This document shows, piece by piece, positions 23,458 through 37,331 of a DNA stretch of 38,826 bases (its first letter is position 1; each line of letters starts with the position of its first letter). The stretch comes from Atractiella rhizophila. Its lineage: Eukaryota. The stretch is taken from the NCBI GenBank assembly GCA_021432655.1, contig MU271392.1, positions 1 to 38,826 of the forward strand, in the 5' to 3' direction. The notes beneath the pieces are model-generated. The model worked only from the letters and a program-made list of their open reading frames with translations, searched no databases and was not told where the DNA came from. A program made the translations under genes and the position numbers.

Positions 23458-26400
23458 TTATTCTGCAATAGATTTGCATCAATAACAATGAGGCAGAGAT
23501 TGTGACAAAAGCATCCGCACCTTCGTAGAACTCTTCCTCGACGCGTTCTTCAATGTCATTCTGAATTGTCTCCGCGATGTTACTGAAATCAAAGCTTCCA
23601 TCACCTTGCTCTTGTTCTTCCCGTTCTTCATCATAATTCTGTTCCTGCTGATCATCTCCACCGCCGCCACCAAAGTAACCAGCGGCAGTACCAGCAACAG
23701 CGACAAGGGCAGCTCCACCGAAGCCTGAAGACTCTTGAGACTGACTGTACGCCTGGTGCCCAGCATAACCTGAATATCCATCACTGCCGTACCCTTGCCC
23801 TCCATAGATGGAGTCTCCGTATCCAGAGGAACTGTAATCTGGTTGCTGATAGCGTTGTTCGTAGCCGTGGGAGTGGTCCCATCCATTACCAACACGAGCT
23901 CCGTGCGTTTTTGTCCCTTCTTCCGCTCCAAGCCGCTTGTTCTCTCCCTCTCGTACACTATCCTGATCAATCCATGCAATACATCATGAACTACGTGGCA
24001 AGGATCAAAGTAGGAGTCGCACCTTATTCAGTCGGTCAATCACTGTCCTCTGGTCCTCCTCGCTCAACTCCTGAAACCAGTTCTCCATCTCTGCAGCCAT
24101 CTTAGATTGGATGTCTGACCTTCCGTAAGCGAAGTAAGGGTGATGGAAAGTTTCCAAGATCTGCCCCAGTTGCAGTTAGTTACGATCTCAAGAGGCCAAG
24201 GTGCAACAATGCAAGAAACCTCGTCGATGGCTTGATTTGGATCCATCTTGTCACTCCAGGCAGCGACGATGCGTTCGACTGCACACCTGACCACCACTTT
24301 TGCTACACGTCCCTGGACAATGTGTCACTAAAGTTGGTGTCTTCTTAGCAGAGAGATGAACACACTGCAGGATCATTTAATATGTTGTCGAAGTGGTCTT
24401 TTGATATCTGAGAGTGCGAGGGATCGGATGCCCGCGGATTATTGAAGACCTCGTATTGATCATCTTGGTTGATCACTTCTCTTGATCCGGTTGAAAGGGC
24501 ATCAGAAACCGAAGAGAGAATACCCTGAAATCAAAACATCTTAGGCTAGCTCATAATGGAGGTAGGCAAAATTACAGAGATGTAAGGCTGGATTGTGGAA
24601 TAAACAAACAGATTGATCGTATCCGTCAGCTCCTCAAGTGCAGCCTCGAGTCCCGGAATGTTCTCTACTGTCTTCTGGATATCCCTCATCACTCCGTCCC
24701 TCCACCTCAACGCTGTGATTCCATCATATTCGAGAATATACGTGGAACCTTAAGAAAAGGACTAACCATTGATGAGCGCTCGCTGAGCTTCCTCACTCGC
24801 GACTTGGTTAGGATCGAAGTGATATGCGTCCTGTTGGATTTGTTCTGCCTGCGCTACCTTATCATCCTCCCCGCCTCCAAAACGACTGAGCAACTCTACC
24901 AATATTACATTTTCTTCACTTCATACTGTCTGCAGAAAGCAAAAACGCACGTTTGACCATCTCCAGTCGTCCTTCGTTCCCTTGCGCGTTCGCACTCTCC
25001 ATTTTCTTGTTCAGCTCCTCAATACTGCTCTCCGACAACTTATCTTGCGCCTCTCCCATGATACTGAATATAAAATCCGCGCCACCGAATGTCCCAGTGA
25101 CGAGCGGTTCAATCTCTTCTCCCTCCCTCGTCCTCACTCGAACATCATCGCCGACGTGACAGAAGACACTGGTGTGGCCCATACGCTTCAATGTTAGCTC
25201 ACACCAGTTACTGTGCGCGAGCAAGTCTTCCAACGTGTGAAGAGCGCCACCCATGAGCCTGTACGCTTCGAAGAGGGCTGGAGAGTCGGCACCTCCAGTT
25301 TGTTGCGCGAGCTCTGCGAGTCAAATTCACTAATGAGACCCCAAGATAGGGCCCAGATAGGAATACGCACCGATGGCTCTGTGTAGGGATCGACGGACCC
25401 AGGCGGCGGAGGTGTCATAGGATTCTCCCTCGCGAGCAATGTAGTTTTTGAGCCCTGTACATCCCAGTTACAATTGGGTAATGAAGAACTCGCGGATCCT
25501 ACCGGTACGCTCATCGATTTCTAGCTCTTCAGCCATTACCGGTCCTCTAAGAGCGGGGTGATACTTCCTTGGATCCTCATTCCCTCCGTATCCTCTACAA
25601 ACAGATCAAAGGTTGGTTTAAATTGGATCAAGAGAGAGCGACAAACTTTGGATTATCAACGTGTTGCACTGGCAAGTAAACACCCAACTTATCTTCCGTC
25701 AATTCGAATTCCTCAGTCGCAAATCCAAAGGTCATAAACCCTAAAACCGACAACACGAGTACGATGGTTTCCTTTGTGGCTTTGCTCAGACCGGCAATGT
25801 CCATCGCTTGACTGTAATCGCGTAGCCAGTTACCCTAACATCCATACACAATCCAAAGTGAGTCTGGAACATGTTGAGTTCACTGAGCGCAGGAAAAACA
25901 TACGAAGTAGACCCGATTCACATCCGCTTTACTGAATTTTGGTCCACCAGCAGCGGCAGCTGAGAGCATACCTACCTGTAATGGGCAGTGACATTAACTG
26001 TAGGTCGTGCGAGGAGGAAAGGAATACTCACAGCGGCACCTAGCAACCCTCCTCCAGAAGACAATCCATCCCAACGCACTAAATCTCCAAGGACAGACTC
26101 TATATCGCCATGTCTATACGCACTATCCTTGCAGTACGAGAAAGAGGGAATTTCGCCTAACGGATTCAAATGGATTGTTGAGGATGGTGGTATAGACACG
26201 AAGAAAATGAGAATTTTGCCAGTCCTGCGTCATGTAACACTGCTGGGAAGAGCGATCTTTCATGATCCATAGCAATTTCACCCGCTTCATCATTGAGTTG
26301 ATGCAGGGTACCCCAGTTGTATTGTGACCAAACTGGGTGAAATTTGGGGAAGGGGGGGAAACAAGCGATCAAATCAATCAAACGGCTCACCAGCTCCAAA

Positions 26401-26463
26401 GGCATTTACACTCCCCAACAAAGCCAGAAAGAGGCAGATGGAGAACCAGAGAACAGCAGACAT
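23458..26463 (-). CDS. het-c: Het-C domain protein (heterokaryon incompatibility protein C homologue) with signal peptide, many exons
   Basis: MSAVLWFSICLFLALLGSVNAFGAG|EIPSFSY...YRHGDIE; RVYF|GNWLRDYSQAMD; HVDNPK|GY; LHTLEDLLAHSNWCEL; PLVTGTFGGADF; DPSHSQISKDHFDNILN. Gly/Tyr-rich tail; the last coding exon is AA TAA at 23462-23458. Confidence 0.93.
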
Positions 26464-26520
26464 TGAATCAGTCAGAGACGAAACAGACTGAACACTGTTT
26501 GAGCAAGTAACTGATGGCAG

Positions 26521-26846
26521 ATCAACCTGATGGTATCAAGGGAAAGCTTATTTCGGGCCAGATGGACGTTGTCTTGGCCCAAAAAGCCAAAGATGCGTTG
26601 CAAGTCTCGGCCTCCGTTTCGAGGACATGGTAGATTTAAGCAAAACTTCACTAAGTGCACGATCTTAACTTACAAGTGACGCCATCAACCTGATGGTATC
26701 AAGGGAAAGCTTATTTCGGGCCAGATGGACGTTGTCTTGGCCCAAAAAGCCAAAGATGCGTTGCAAGTCTCGGCCTCCGTTTCGAGGACATGGTAGATTT
26801 AAGCAAAACTTCACTAAACGCAAGAACTTAAATCACAAGTGACGCC
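26521..26846. repeat. 163-bp direct tandem duplication in the HET-C/TAF5 divergent intergenic region
   Basis: Copy 1 is 26521-26683 and copy 2 is 26684-26846. The first 134 nt are identical; the last 29 nt have 6 mismatches. Confidence 0.95.
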
Positions 26847-27252
26847 TGACTAGAATCTCTCAAAGCGCGTCGACGAACAAAGTGTTGGAAGTTGAAGAAG
26901 GGAGAGAAGTGAAGGGTTTCATAACGCATTGAAAGTCTAAGGAGGAGTCTGGTAAGTCTCTGCTTCTGTTATTATAAGGAACTTGGTTCGTTAGTGGTTG
27001 TTTGTATATATCCGACTCCCACCTGTTTGTGAAGTTGGTCTCAGGGCTGAATCAAAGCCTCATCGAGCTCAGTGGAGTGCTGCATATGTCTGGATAGAAC
27101 CTTAACAATTTTGACAGTTAAGGATGTTTACAGACGCGCCGCTGTCATCTCACTGTTGTGTCAATTCAATGTTACCTCAGGATGCCATTATATATGGGGC
27201 GTGTAACTATGGTTTAAACTGACTTTATAATTCGCGCCTCTGTTAGGACAAG

Positions 27253-29752
27253 ATGGATCCCCAACTCAGTGCCCTCGTTTCCTACCTGCACCAGCGAGGC
27301 TTCTACACCACCGAAGCAACCTTGCGAAATGAGATCACTGCACAGACAGATGGCAAGACAGTGGACCGGTCCAAATTCATGTCTAGGGAAGGACCGGCGA
27401 AAGAGGATGAGGAAGGGAGAGAGGAGTTTCGACGTGCAACAGCTGATGAGCTGGTTTACGAGAAGGCTTATGAGCAACTAGGGAGGTTTGTTCATGAGGT
27501 GAGTTGTGCCTGGCTCTTTTGTTTAACCATTGCATGTCAAGAAGGGCTACTGAAGTATTCTGACGGGACTGAATAGGCGTTGGATATGCACCGTCCTGAA
27601 TTCACTCCAGTCTTACTGCCGGTTTTCGTACACTCCTACCTCGAATTGGTCTCCCAAAACGCCCGGGAAGCAGCAGATGAATTCTTTACAAAATTCGCCA
27701 ACGAACATTACCCAGCTCAAGCCACGCTTCTCCTAGCCTTGGACAACATTCGGCTACCACTTCACGTGGAGGAGAGCGAGATCGCGCAGAGATGGCTGAA
27801 GAATAAGTTCTTCGTGAGAATGAGTGAGAGGGGTCTGGATTTGTTGCTGGCATGGGCTATGGGAGGAAAGAACACAAAGACCGCAAACGATCCAAAACGG
27901 ACGGGTTTGAAAAAGGAGAGAGGAGACGAGAGGGGGACTGTATGGAGGCTTTTTAACGAGCACGTCAAGTTTGAAAGTGCGCCATTCCTTCTTCTTTCTA
28001 TCCTCCAGCTGAGAGCTTGGTAGAAATTACATCTCCCAATCCCACTCCGTCCGACCTTCTCTCTGGTCTCCTCCCTGACCTCACCCCCTCGGCCAAACAT
28101 CAACCTCCCGTCCGTTCACTCGAACCTGTCAAACTGGGACCTGCTCCTCTCGAGCCGAAATTCAAGCGTGAAGTTCTTCGAGAGCTAGAAGAGCCGTATG
28201 AGGTCGACTCCTCCCTATCCGCCGAAGTCGCTCCTCCACCTGATCAGCTTAGTTGGGTATCACCTCAACCTGGAGAGCTTCCTCCGTACCCGGCCACCTT
28301 CAAAATTGTTGACGTGGCCCGTGAAGCGGAGGCAATTAGACAAGCGAGGAAGAGGATCAGACTCTCAGCGGAGGCGTTTGAGAAAGATGAGAGTAGAGTG
28401 AACGAAAGGGTTTTCGCTGCCTATGGTGTGATGGGGAGGAAGAAGACGAAAGGAGAGAAGGAGGAGGGGAAGAAACCCAGCGTTTGTATGTTTACGATCC
28501 ACGATGCAGGGGAGACGTGAGTTCTTCCCATGTTTCTGATGGTAACAGGCTGAGGGAGAGCTAAAGGTTAACGAGCGTAAAATTTTCACGAGATGCGACT
28601 TTGATGGCTACTGGTTTCTCAGAAAGCTACATACGTCTATGGAATCTGAAGGGAGAACCCTTACGGCCAATCAAGTCTGACTTTGATCCGTCAACAATCA
28701 CCCACCCGAAACAACTCAAGAAAGTTCCTTCAACCTCTCCCACCCTCAAACTGCTCTCACACTCTGGACCTGTTTACTCTCTCGCCTTCGATCCATCTTC
28801 CGGCCCATCATCACCCCCACGTTTCCTCCTTTCGTCGTCCCAGGACGCTTCTGTGCGTCTTTGGTCGATGCATACTTATACTCCGCTCGTGGCGTATAAA
28901 GGGCACCGGGAGCCGGTTTGGGACGTGGATTGGGGACCGAGAGGCGTGTACTTTGTGAGTGGGGGGAGGGATAGGACAGCGAGGTTGTGGAATACAGAAA
29001 GAGTTGTGAGCTTGAGGATCTTTTCGGGACATCTAAGTGACGTCGATGTGCGCTCCCACTTTTCAATGCTGTAGGGAGCTACCTAATGGGGTGTCAGACC
29101 GTCAGGTTCCACCCTAATTCGCTCTATGTGGTGACGGGGAGCAGCGACCGGACGTGTAGGATGTGGGATGTGGAGAGAGGAGATTGTGTTCGCCTCTTCA
29201 CGGGCCACTCAGGTCCTGTCTCCTGCATCGCCGTCAGTCCAGATGGGAAGTGGTTGGCTTCTGCAGGTTGGTATCTATCTCACGTTCCCACTCAACTGGG
29301 GTTGAACAAGTTTGAACGGTTGCAGGAGAAGACAAGGAGATCAAGCTGTACGACCTTGGTACTTCTCGCGTTCTCAAGACCATGACTGGCCACACCTCGC
29401 GTATCAACTCACTCGCCTTCTCGGCCGAATCCTCCCTGCTTGTCAGCGGAAGTCACGATGAAACAGTGCGGGTATGGGACGTGAAAGCGCCAGCGGAGGA
29501 GAGAGGAGAAGATGGAAGGGTAAAGGGGTTCGATGATGTGGATATGGAGATGCTAAGGCGCGGGGAAAAGAGGAAGTGCGTCCTCGCTCTGCGCTATTGC
29601 CTGTGTGGGTCTGGAAAGCTGACTGAACGCGCTATAGTCGAGATCTCCTCGCCACATTGTACACGAAGCAGACACCCGTTCTAGAGACGGCTTTCACAGA
29701 ACGCAACCTGTGCCTTGCTGCTGGACCGATGGTTTTACCTCAGGCGGCTTGA
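27253..29752 (+). CDS. TAF5: TFIID/SAGA subunit TAF5, multi-exon
   Basis: LisH-like VSYLHQRGFYTTEATLRNE; NTD2 RPEFTPVLLPVFVHSYLELV; PSVCMFTIH; WD40 repeats (HSGPVYSLAF, GHREPVWDVDW, GHLSDVD, TGSSDRTCRMWD); terminal TKQTPVLETAFTERNLCLAAG. Confidence 0.95.
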
Positions 29753-30260
29753 ATATTGGTTGAAGCCGCTTCGAAGGATCATATCTCAGTAGAGTGTCAC
29801 GATATCCTGCTCTACGATGGCGATGCCTCCGAAATCGGAAATCGACATAGCCCGCTTCCCTACCCGAATCACCATTACGAGCGGTATGCCACGGCCTGTA
29901 GGTTTCTAAGCATCGATATGTATTTACATGTGGTGGGGGCTGTCACTTGCGCAATTGGAGCTCGATTTAGCCCTTCTTGACAAACAATCGTAGCGTTTGA
30001 AATTGGGTGTACCGATGAAGCTTCAATGAAGTGCCAAAGCAGACGAAAAGGTAAATTGTAATACGCAATCTTGCGCCCGCACACAATAAAACTTTGAAAT
30101 GCCCTCACAGCTTTCTTCATTTCGGCTTACATGATCAGTGAAATTTCCTGACTTCGGCACCGACCTCGGCTACCGAGGGTTACAAATGGAATTGAATTCG
30201 GGAAGTCGAGTCTTCATCGCACCCCACTTAGTCCCACAGGTGTCGTCTTGAAAACGGGGA

Positions 30261-30317
30261 TTCCGCCGCCGGGGGGGTGACAAACTTCTGAAGGCCGCTT
30301 CTTCGCTTGTTATATAA
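30261..30317 (+). promoter_or_regulatory. TATA-like element with an upstream CCG/CGG-rich tract, 5' of MFS gene A
   Basis: TATATAA at 30311-30317, about 86 nt before the ATG at 30403. TTCCGCCGCCGG at 30261 resembles Zn2Cys6-type CGG sites (inference). Confidence 0.35.
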
Positions 30318-30402
30318 CAGGTTATCTAAGCTGTACAAATCACAGTGAGAACGACATATTTCTCATTTGGATCCTGTTTGTTCAGCACGAAATTAACGAA
30401 GA

Positions 30403-32909
<2,507 letters not shown>

Positions 32910-34424
32910 GTTCCAAGGCACCAAAGTTAAATTATTCTCTTGCAACCACTCTTGTCATCTTTGTAGATTCAAATGGTCACTCCTATTCCTTCTCCTTTCG
33001 CAATCCCACTGTCATCTAATGGTCTAATGGTCAAATGGTCCTGCAACATGTCAAACCTTGTCAAGGCCTGGTGACCACTGACCAAGGTCCCCTTCCTAAG
33101 CACCTGCGCATCAACCAGATTTTGAGATCATTGTCAGGTTGCTGTACAACAAGAGGTAAGGCATCTTCACGGGATGGGAACAGGTTACCAAGCTGCGAAG
33201 CAATGTGTGTCCAATTTCTAGCCGATTCATATTGGGTTCATGTCGGTGAGGATTACCACTATATGCGCTGTGACTTCTTGTGATGTTCAGAAGCTGCATG
33301 AAGTGGGACGAGAACGGGCGAAGTGTTGAGAGTGTACGAATCGCTCCCAGTAATTGCTATGACTATCAGTATGTTTTTGCATTGGCATAATGACTTTCAG
33401 GCTTTGCTAATCCGTAAGCTTACACGCCGAAGAAGCGGACCGAAAACGTCAAGGTATTTATTCTCTTTGGTCCGCTTTCTGCTGAACTGCTCAATACGTC
33501 AAAATAAGAGCAACACATTCCTTTGCTCTTCTTCAACGGCAGGAGCCGAGGAGCTGAAGCAGATGCCTAACAAATATTGCTGTGATGCCGTGACCACTAG
33601 CTTTCTCAGCTGCACTAGAACTCCCCAAAATGTTCACAAAAGTACCCAGAGTGCAATAAAGGTACATTTACAGTTTTTCTCGTTTATAACAAGCAAAAAG
33701 TGGTATTTCTGAGAGTGGCACATTTTGATAAAGATCTTTTACGTGGTCGCTGGCTTTGTCGGTCATATCATATAACACGAGTGAAGGCTGTTGTCGCCAT
33801 TATCTACTTCTCAGAGAGCCAGTCGAATGTGTAAGCAGTCGGAAACTTACACAAAAGAGCGAAGGAAGGAGCCTCAGGTGTAGCAGATCGGCGATAGCAG
33901 CGAGCATCTCTTGAACAATCAGATTAATCAGATTTACTGGACTCCTGAAGCAGCATTCGTGTTCTTTATCATGCGTGCAGCCAAGAATGACGGATCAGTT
34001 CCATCTCGTTCGGTCGAGATTCTGTTGTCTCTCTGAATGAATGGGCAGATGACCTGGTCACTTTGATCAAATTTTCAGAATTGAAAGGAAATTAGAGCAA
34101 GGTTGGCGCTAGCTGATCCAACAAATCAGGTGAAAGAAGTGACTTCGACGCCATCCGTCCGCCTATGGCCTATGAGAGGTATCAGCTCGATTGTCCAACT
34201 TGCGCACATCGTCGGCTCGCTGACCCACAGGTCACAGTCTCTCTCTCCACCGTGTTTAAAACGGAACTATTTCAGTTTTCGCATCCAATCACATCCCTTG
34301 GACGCTCCAGTTTGCCGCACCGTGCGCGCCGCTCTACAGAAAAAGACCTGCAAGACGTGGGTAGTGTCGCAAAGTTCAGGCACAGCTGTCCTATCTTTTA
34401 CAGTGCTTTGAGTTTTCAAGAAGG

Positions 34425-36870
34425 ATGAACGAAAAAATGGACCATGAGCGCAAATTAGAGGAAGGAGGCGAGGTGGAACATTCTGATCCTGATATTTTGC
34501 AGGAGGAAGAGACACTTCACTCTCATGGTGCGGTGACTTCTAGCGGCAAACTGAACGACAAAGAGCGAAAAGCCTGGAAAGCAGAGGAAGCTGTTCTTCC
34601 TCGCAATAATATGCTCATAGTGTTCCCTGGGTGCGTCGCAGGTTGAGGTCCACGCTATACTCTCAGCAGCTGATGTTCATGTTGTAGCTTGCTGCTAGGA
34701 ATTTTCCTTGCTGCTCTGGACCAAACAATCGTATCCGTTGCACTTCCCACCATTGTGAAAGAGTTAGGTGGCGCAAACGGATATTCTTGGGGTATGAGGT
34801 GCAATAATGTGATAGGTTTCTGCGCTGACTGAGTCGTTTAGTGGGGAGCTCATACTTATTGATGTCTGCCACTGTGGTCTGTTTCAATGGCAAGCTCTCC
34901 GACATCATTGGTACAGTCTCCTTTCTGGTCGAAATGCTCAACGTGTCTCAATCGGTCGAGCAGGACGAAAACCAGTTCTATATACTTCTATCGTGTTTGT
35001 GCTTATTGCAGATTCCTGCCTTTTCTTACTCGATGCTTCGGAACAGCATATTTCTTTTAGGTTCAGCCCTTTGCGGTTCGTATCTCTGTGGTTAAGAAAG
35101 TTGCCATATTTGCTTAGCCTTTGGTGTAGGAGCTGCTCAGAGCATGCTATGGTTGATCCTTTGTCGAGGAGTTCAAGGAATCGGCGGGGGCGGTGAGTCG
35201 AATGTTCAAACATAGTAAACTGATTCTTTGCTAGGAATTATGGGCATGACCCAAGTTCGTTCTGTCATTCCTTCAGAGAAGCCATCGAAAAGTTTTCTGA
35301 GCAGATAATCATTGGAGACATAGTTTCCCTAAAGGATCGTGGGAAATATTCAGGTGGCTTAGGTGCGACGTGGGGCATTGCATCCATCGCAGGTCCATTG
35401 ATTTCAGGAGCCCTTACTGACCACGCTTCGCACGTCTCCTCCTGTCTCTAGCGGCCGCTGACTGCTAACAGGTGGAGGTGGTGTTTTTGGATCAACCTGC
35501 CCACCGGGGGAATTGCACTACTGGTCCTTGTCATCTATCTGAACGTACATCCTGTGAAGAACACAACTTGGAGAGAACAGGCAAGGGAGTTCGACTTTGT
35601 TGGGTTGTTTCTGGTCATCGCCGGAGTTGTCTTGGCACTGATAGGTTTCAAGTGAGTGTGGTCTCGTTCTGAACAGAAGGGAGATTGACACGCAGTTAGC
35701 AATGCCGAAAATGGGTGGGATGACCCTCTTACACTCGCAGGGATCGTGATCGGCTTTGTGTTAATGATCATTTTTGGATTTTGGGAGGCTGTGACAAAGC
35801 GCTCAGCCATTATGGCTCCGCGTCTGTTTAAGACGAGAACCACATCAGCCGCTTTGGCAACGACTTTTATCCACGCATTCTGCTTCTTTACTGCCGCCTA
35901 CTGTAGGGTACTCTGCTTTTCAGTGAAGTATTTTCTTACACCGTTGCAGTCATACCCCTCTATTTTCAGATCCTTGGCTCGTCCGCTACATTTTCTGGGG
36001 TTGAACAGATCCCATTATCTGTCGGTGCTGCCCTGATATCGATTGTTTCTGGTCTCATCATTACTAAAACTGGAGACTATCGCTTCGTCTCTTGGGTCAG
36101 CTGGGCCATACAAGTACTAGGGTACGGTCTCATGTATCTTTTGGATGAAAGTAGCAACCGGTTGGTTTGTTCCTCTTTGTCTGCTCCAGCTAATTCGCCT
36201 TCGATGGGATAGTGCAGAAAAGGAGCTATATATTTGGGTCGCTGGAATTGGGATAGGAAGCTATTTTGTGGCCCCATTGATATGTTTGCAAGCCAGCATG
36301 CCGATAAAGGATATGGTCGGCTTCCTCCCCTTCTCTGACTGCAGTTATTAAATACAGGGAAAGGCGACCTCAACATCTGCTTTCGCTCTCGTTCGCCTAC
36401 TCGGAGCAACCATGGGAATTTCGATTGGAGGTGCTATATACGCTAGCCGACTCGACCCCTTGTTACACAGTATTCCAGATTATCATGGGCCATTTGGAGT
36501 GGCAGCCAGAAACGACGTTACAGCTGTGAAAAAAATCAATGTTTGTAACTTAATTGATTTTGTCGGCAACGAGGAGTTGACATTGGTTTTTTTCAGCCAC
36601 CGACGTTGAGGAAAGAAGTGGAACACGCATACACACGATCCATAGCAACTATCTGGCTTGTGTGTATACCATTTGCCGGAGCTGGTTTACTGTTGTGTGA
36701 GTTCATCGACTCAAAAGTTTTCAAGTTTTCAGAACAATTTTTGAACAGCGTTTTTGTTGAAGAAATACTCTCTTTCACGGCCTACAAGGACCGAGACGAG
36801 AGAGAAAGGGAAGAATACGACCACAGAAGCAAGTGAGTGGGACGAAGTTGCTTGTCGTGGGCTCGTTTAG
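34425..36870 (+). CDS. MFS drug:H+ antiporter, DHA2 family, tandem paralogue B
   Basis: Same motifs and nearly the same intron positions as paralogue A ([53 protein letters not shown]). The stop at 36868-36870 is tentative. Confidence 0.92.
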
Positions 36871-37331
36871 TTTGTTTCGTCCACTTTACCAAATCCGTTA
36901 CGTTCAAAGCATTATGCATCATAACAGCACATAATATCCCCATTTCGAAACTCAATCAGAGATCCACCTGCACCTTTCGGAGCATCGTATGCCCATCTGT
37001 CGCCCGATTCGATTTGTGTTCAGGACGCCGATCATTGTGTCATGTCGAAGGTGGCGTGAAGGGATCATGTCATTTATGGCTAGATCAATTCGTCGACCAT
37101 TGCCTAAGAGGGAACACTTGAAGCGGCACCGGGTTAGGTTAGTTACCTTTCAGTGGCGGTCGCCGTTTTTCATTGTCCAACATCCCAATTCGCCTATTCG
37201 CACTCAAGTAAGCTGAATCCACAGAACAAGGTATCGTCCAATGCACAAATTACTTGCTGTATAATACCCCATGGAACAGAATCTATCTACTTTTCCCTTC
37301 GCCATGGCAAACAACTGATAAAGATAAACAC

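Noticed and set aside
23479..23979. Separate 166-aa minus-strand membrane protein
   Set aside because: It is an alternate frame of the Gly/Tyr-rich HET-C C-terminal exon.
26270..26350. Hammerhead ribozyme in HET-C intron 1 (TGATGA...GAAA with a TTC site)
   Set aside because: The core is ATGATGA rather than CTGANGA, and the 7 nt between TGATGA and GAAA cannot form stem II with the G10.1-C11.1 pair.
26157..26390. TPP riboswitch in HET-C intron 1
   Set aside because: No CTGAGA or TGAT..GGATAAT..CAGCG-type consensus is present, and the host is not a thiamine gene.
26521..26846. CRISPR array or LTR pair
   Set aside because: There are only two adjacent 163-bp units with no spacers, no TG...CA ends, no TSD and no internal ORF, in a eukaryotic context.
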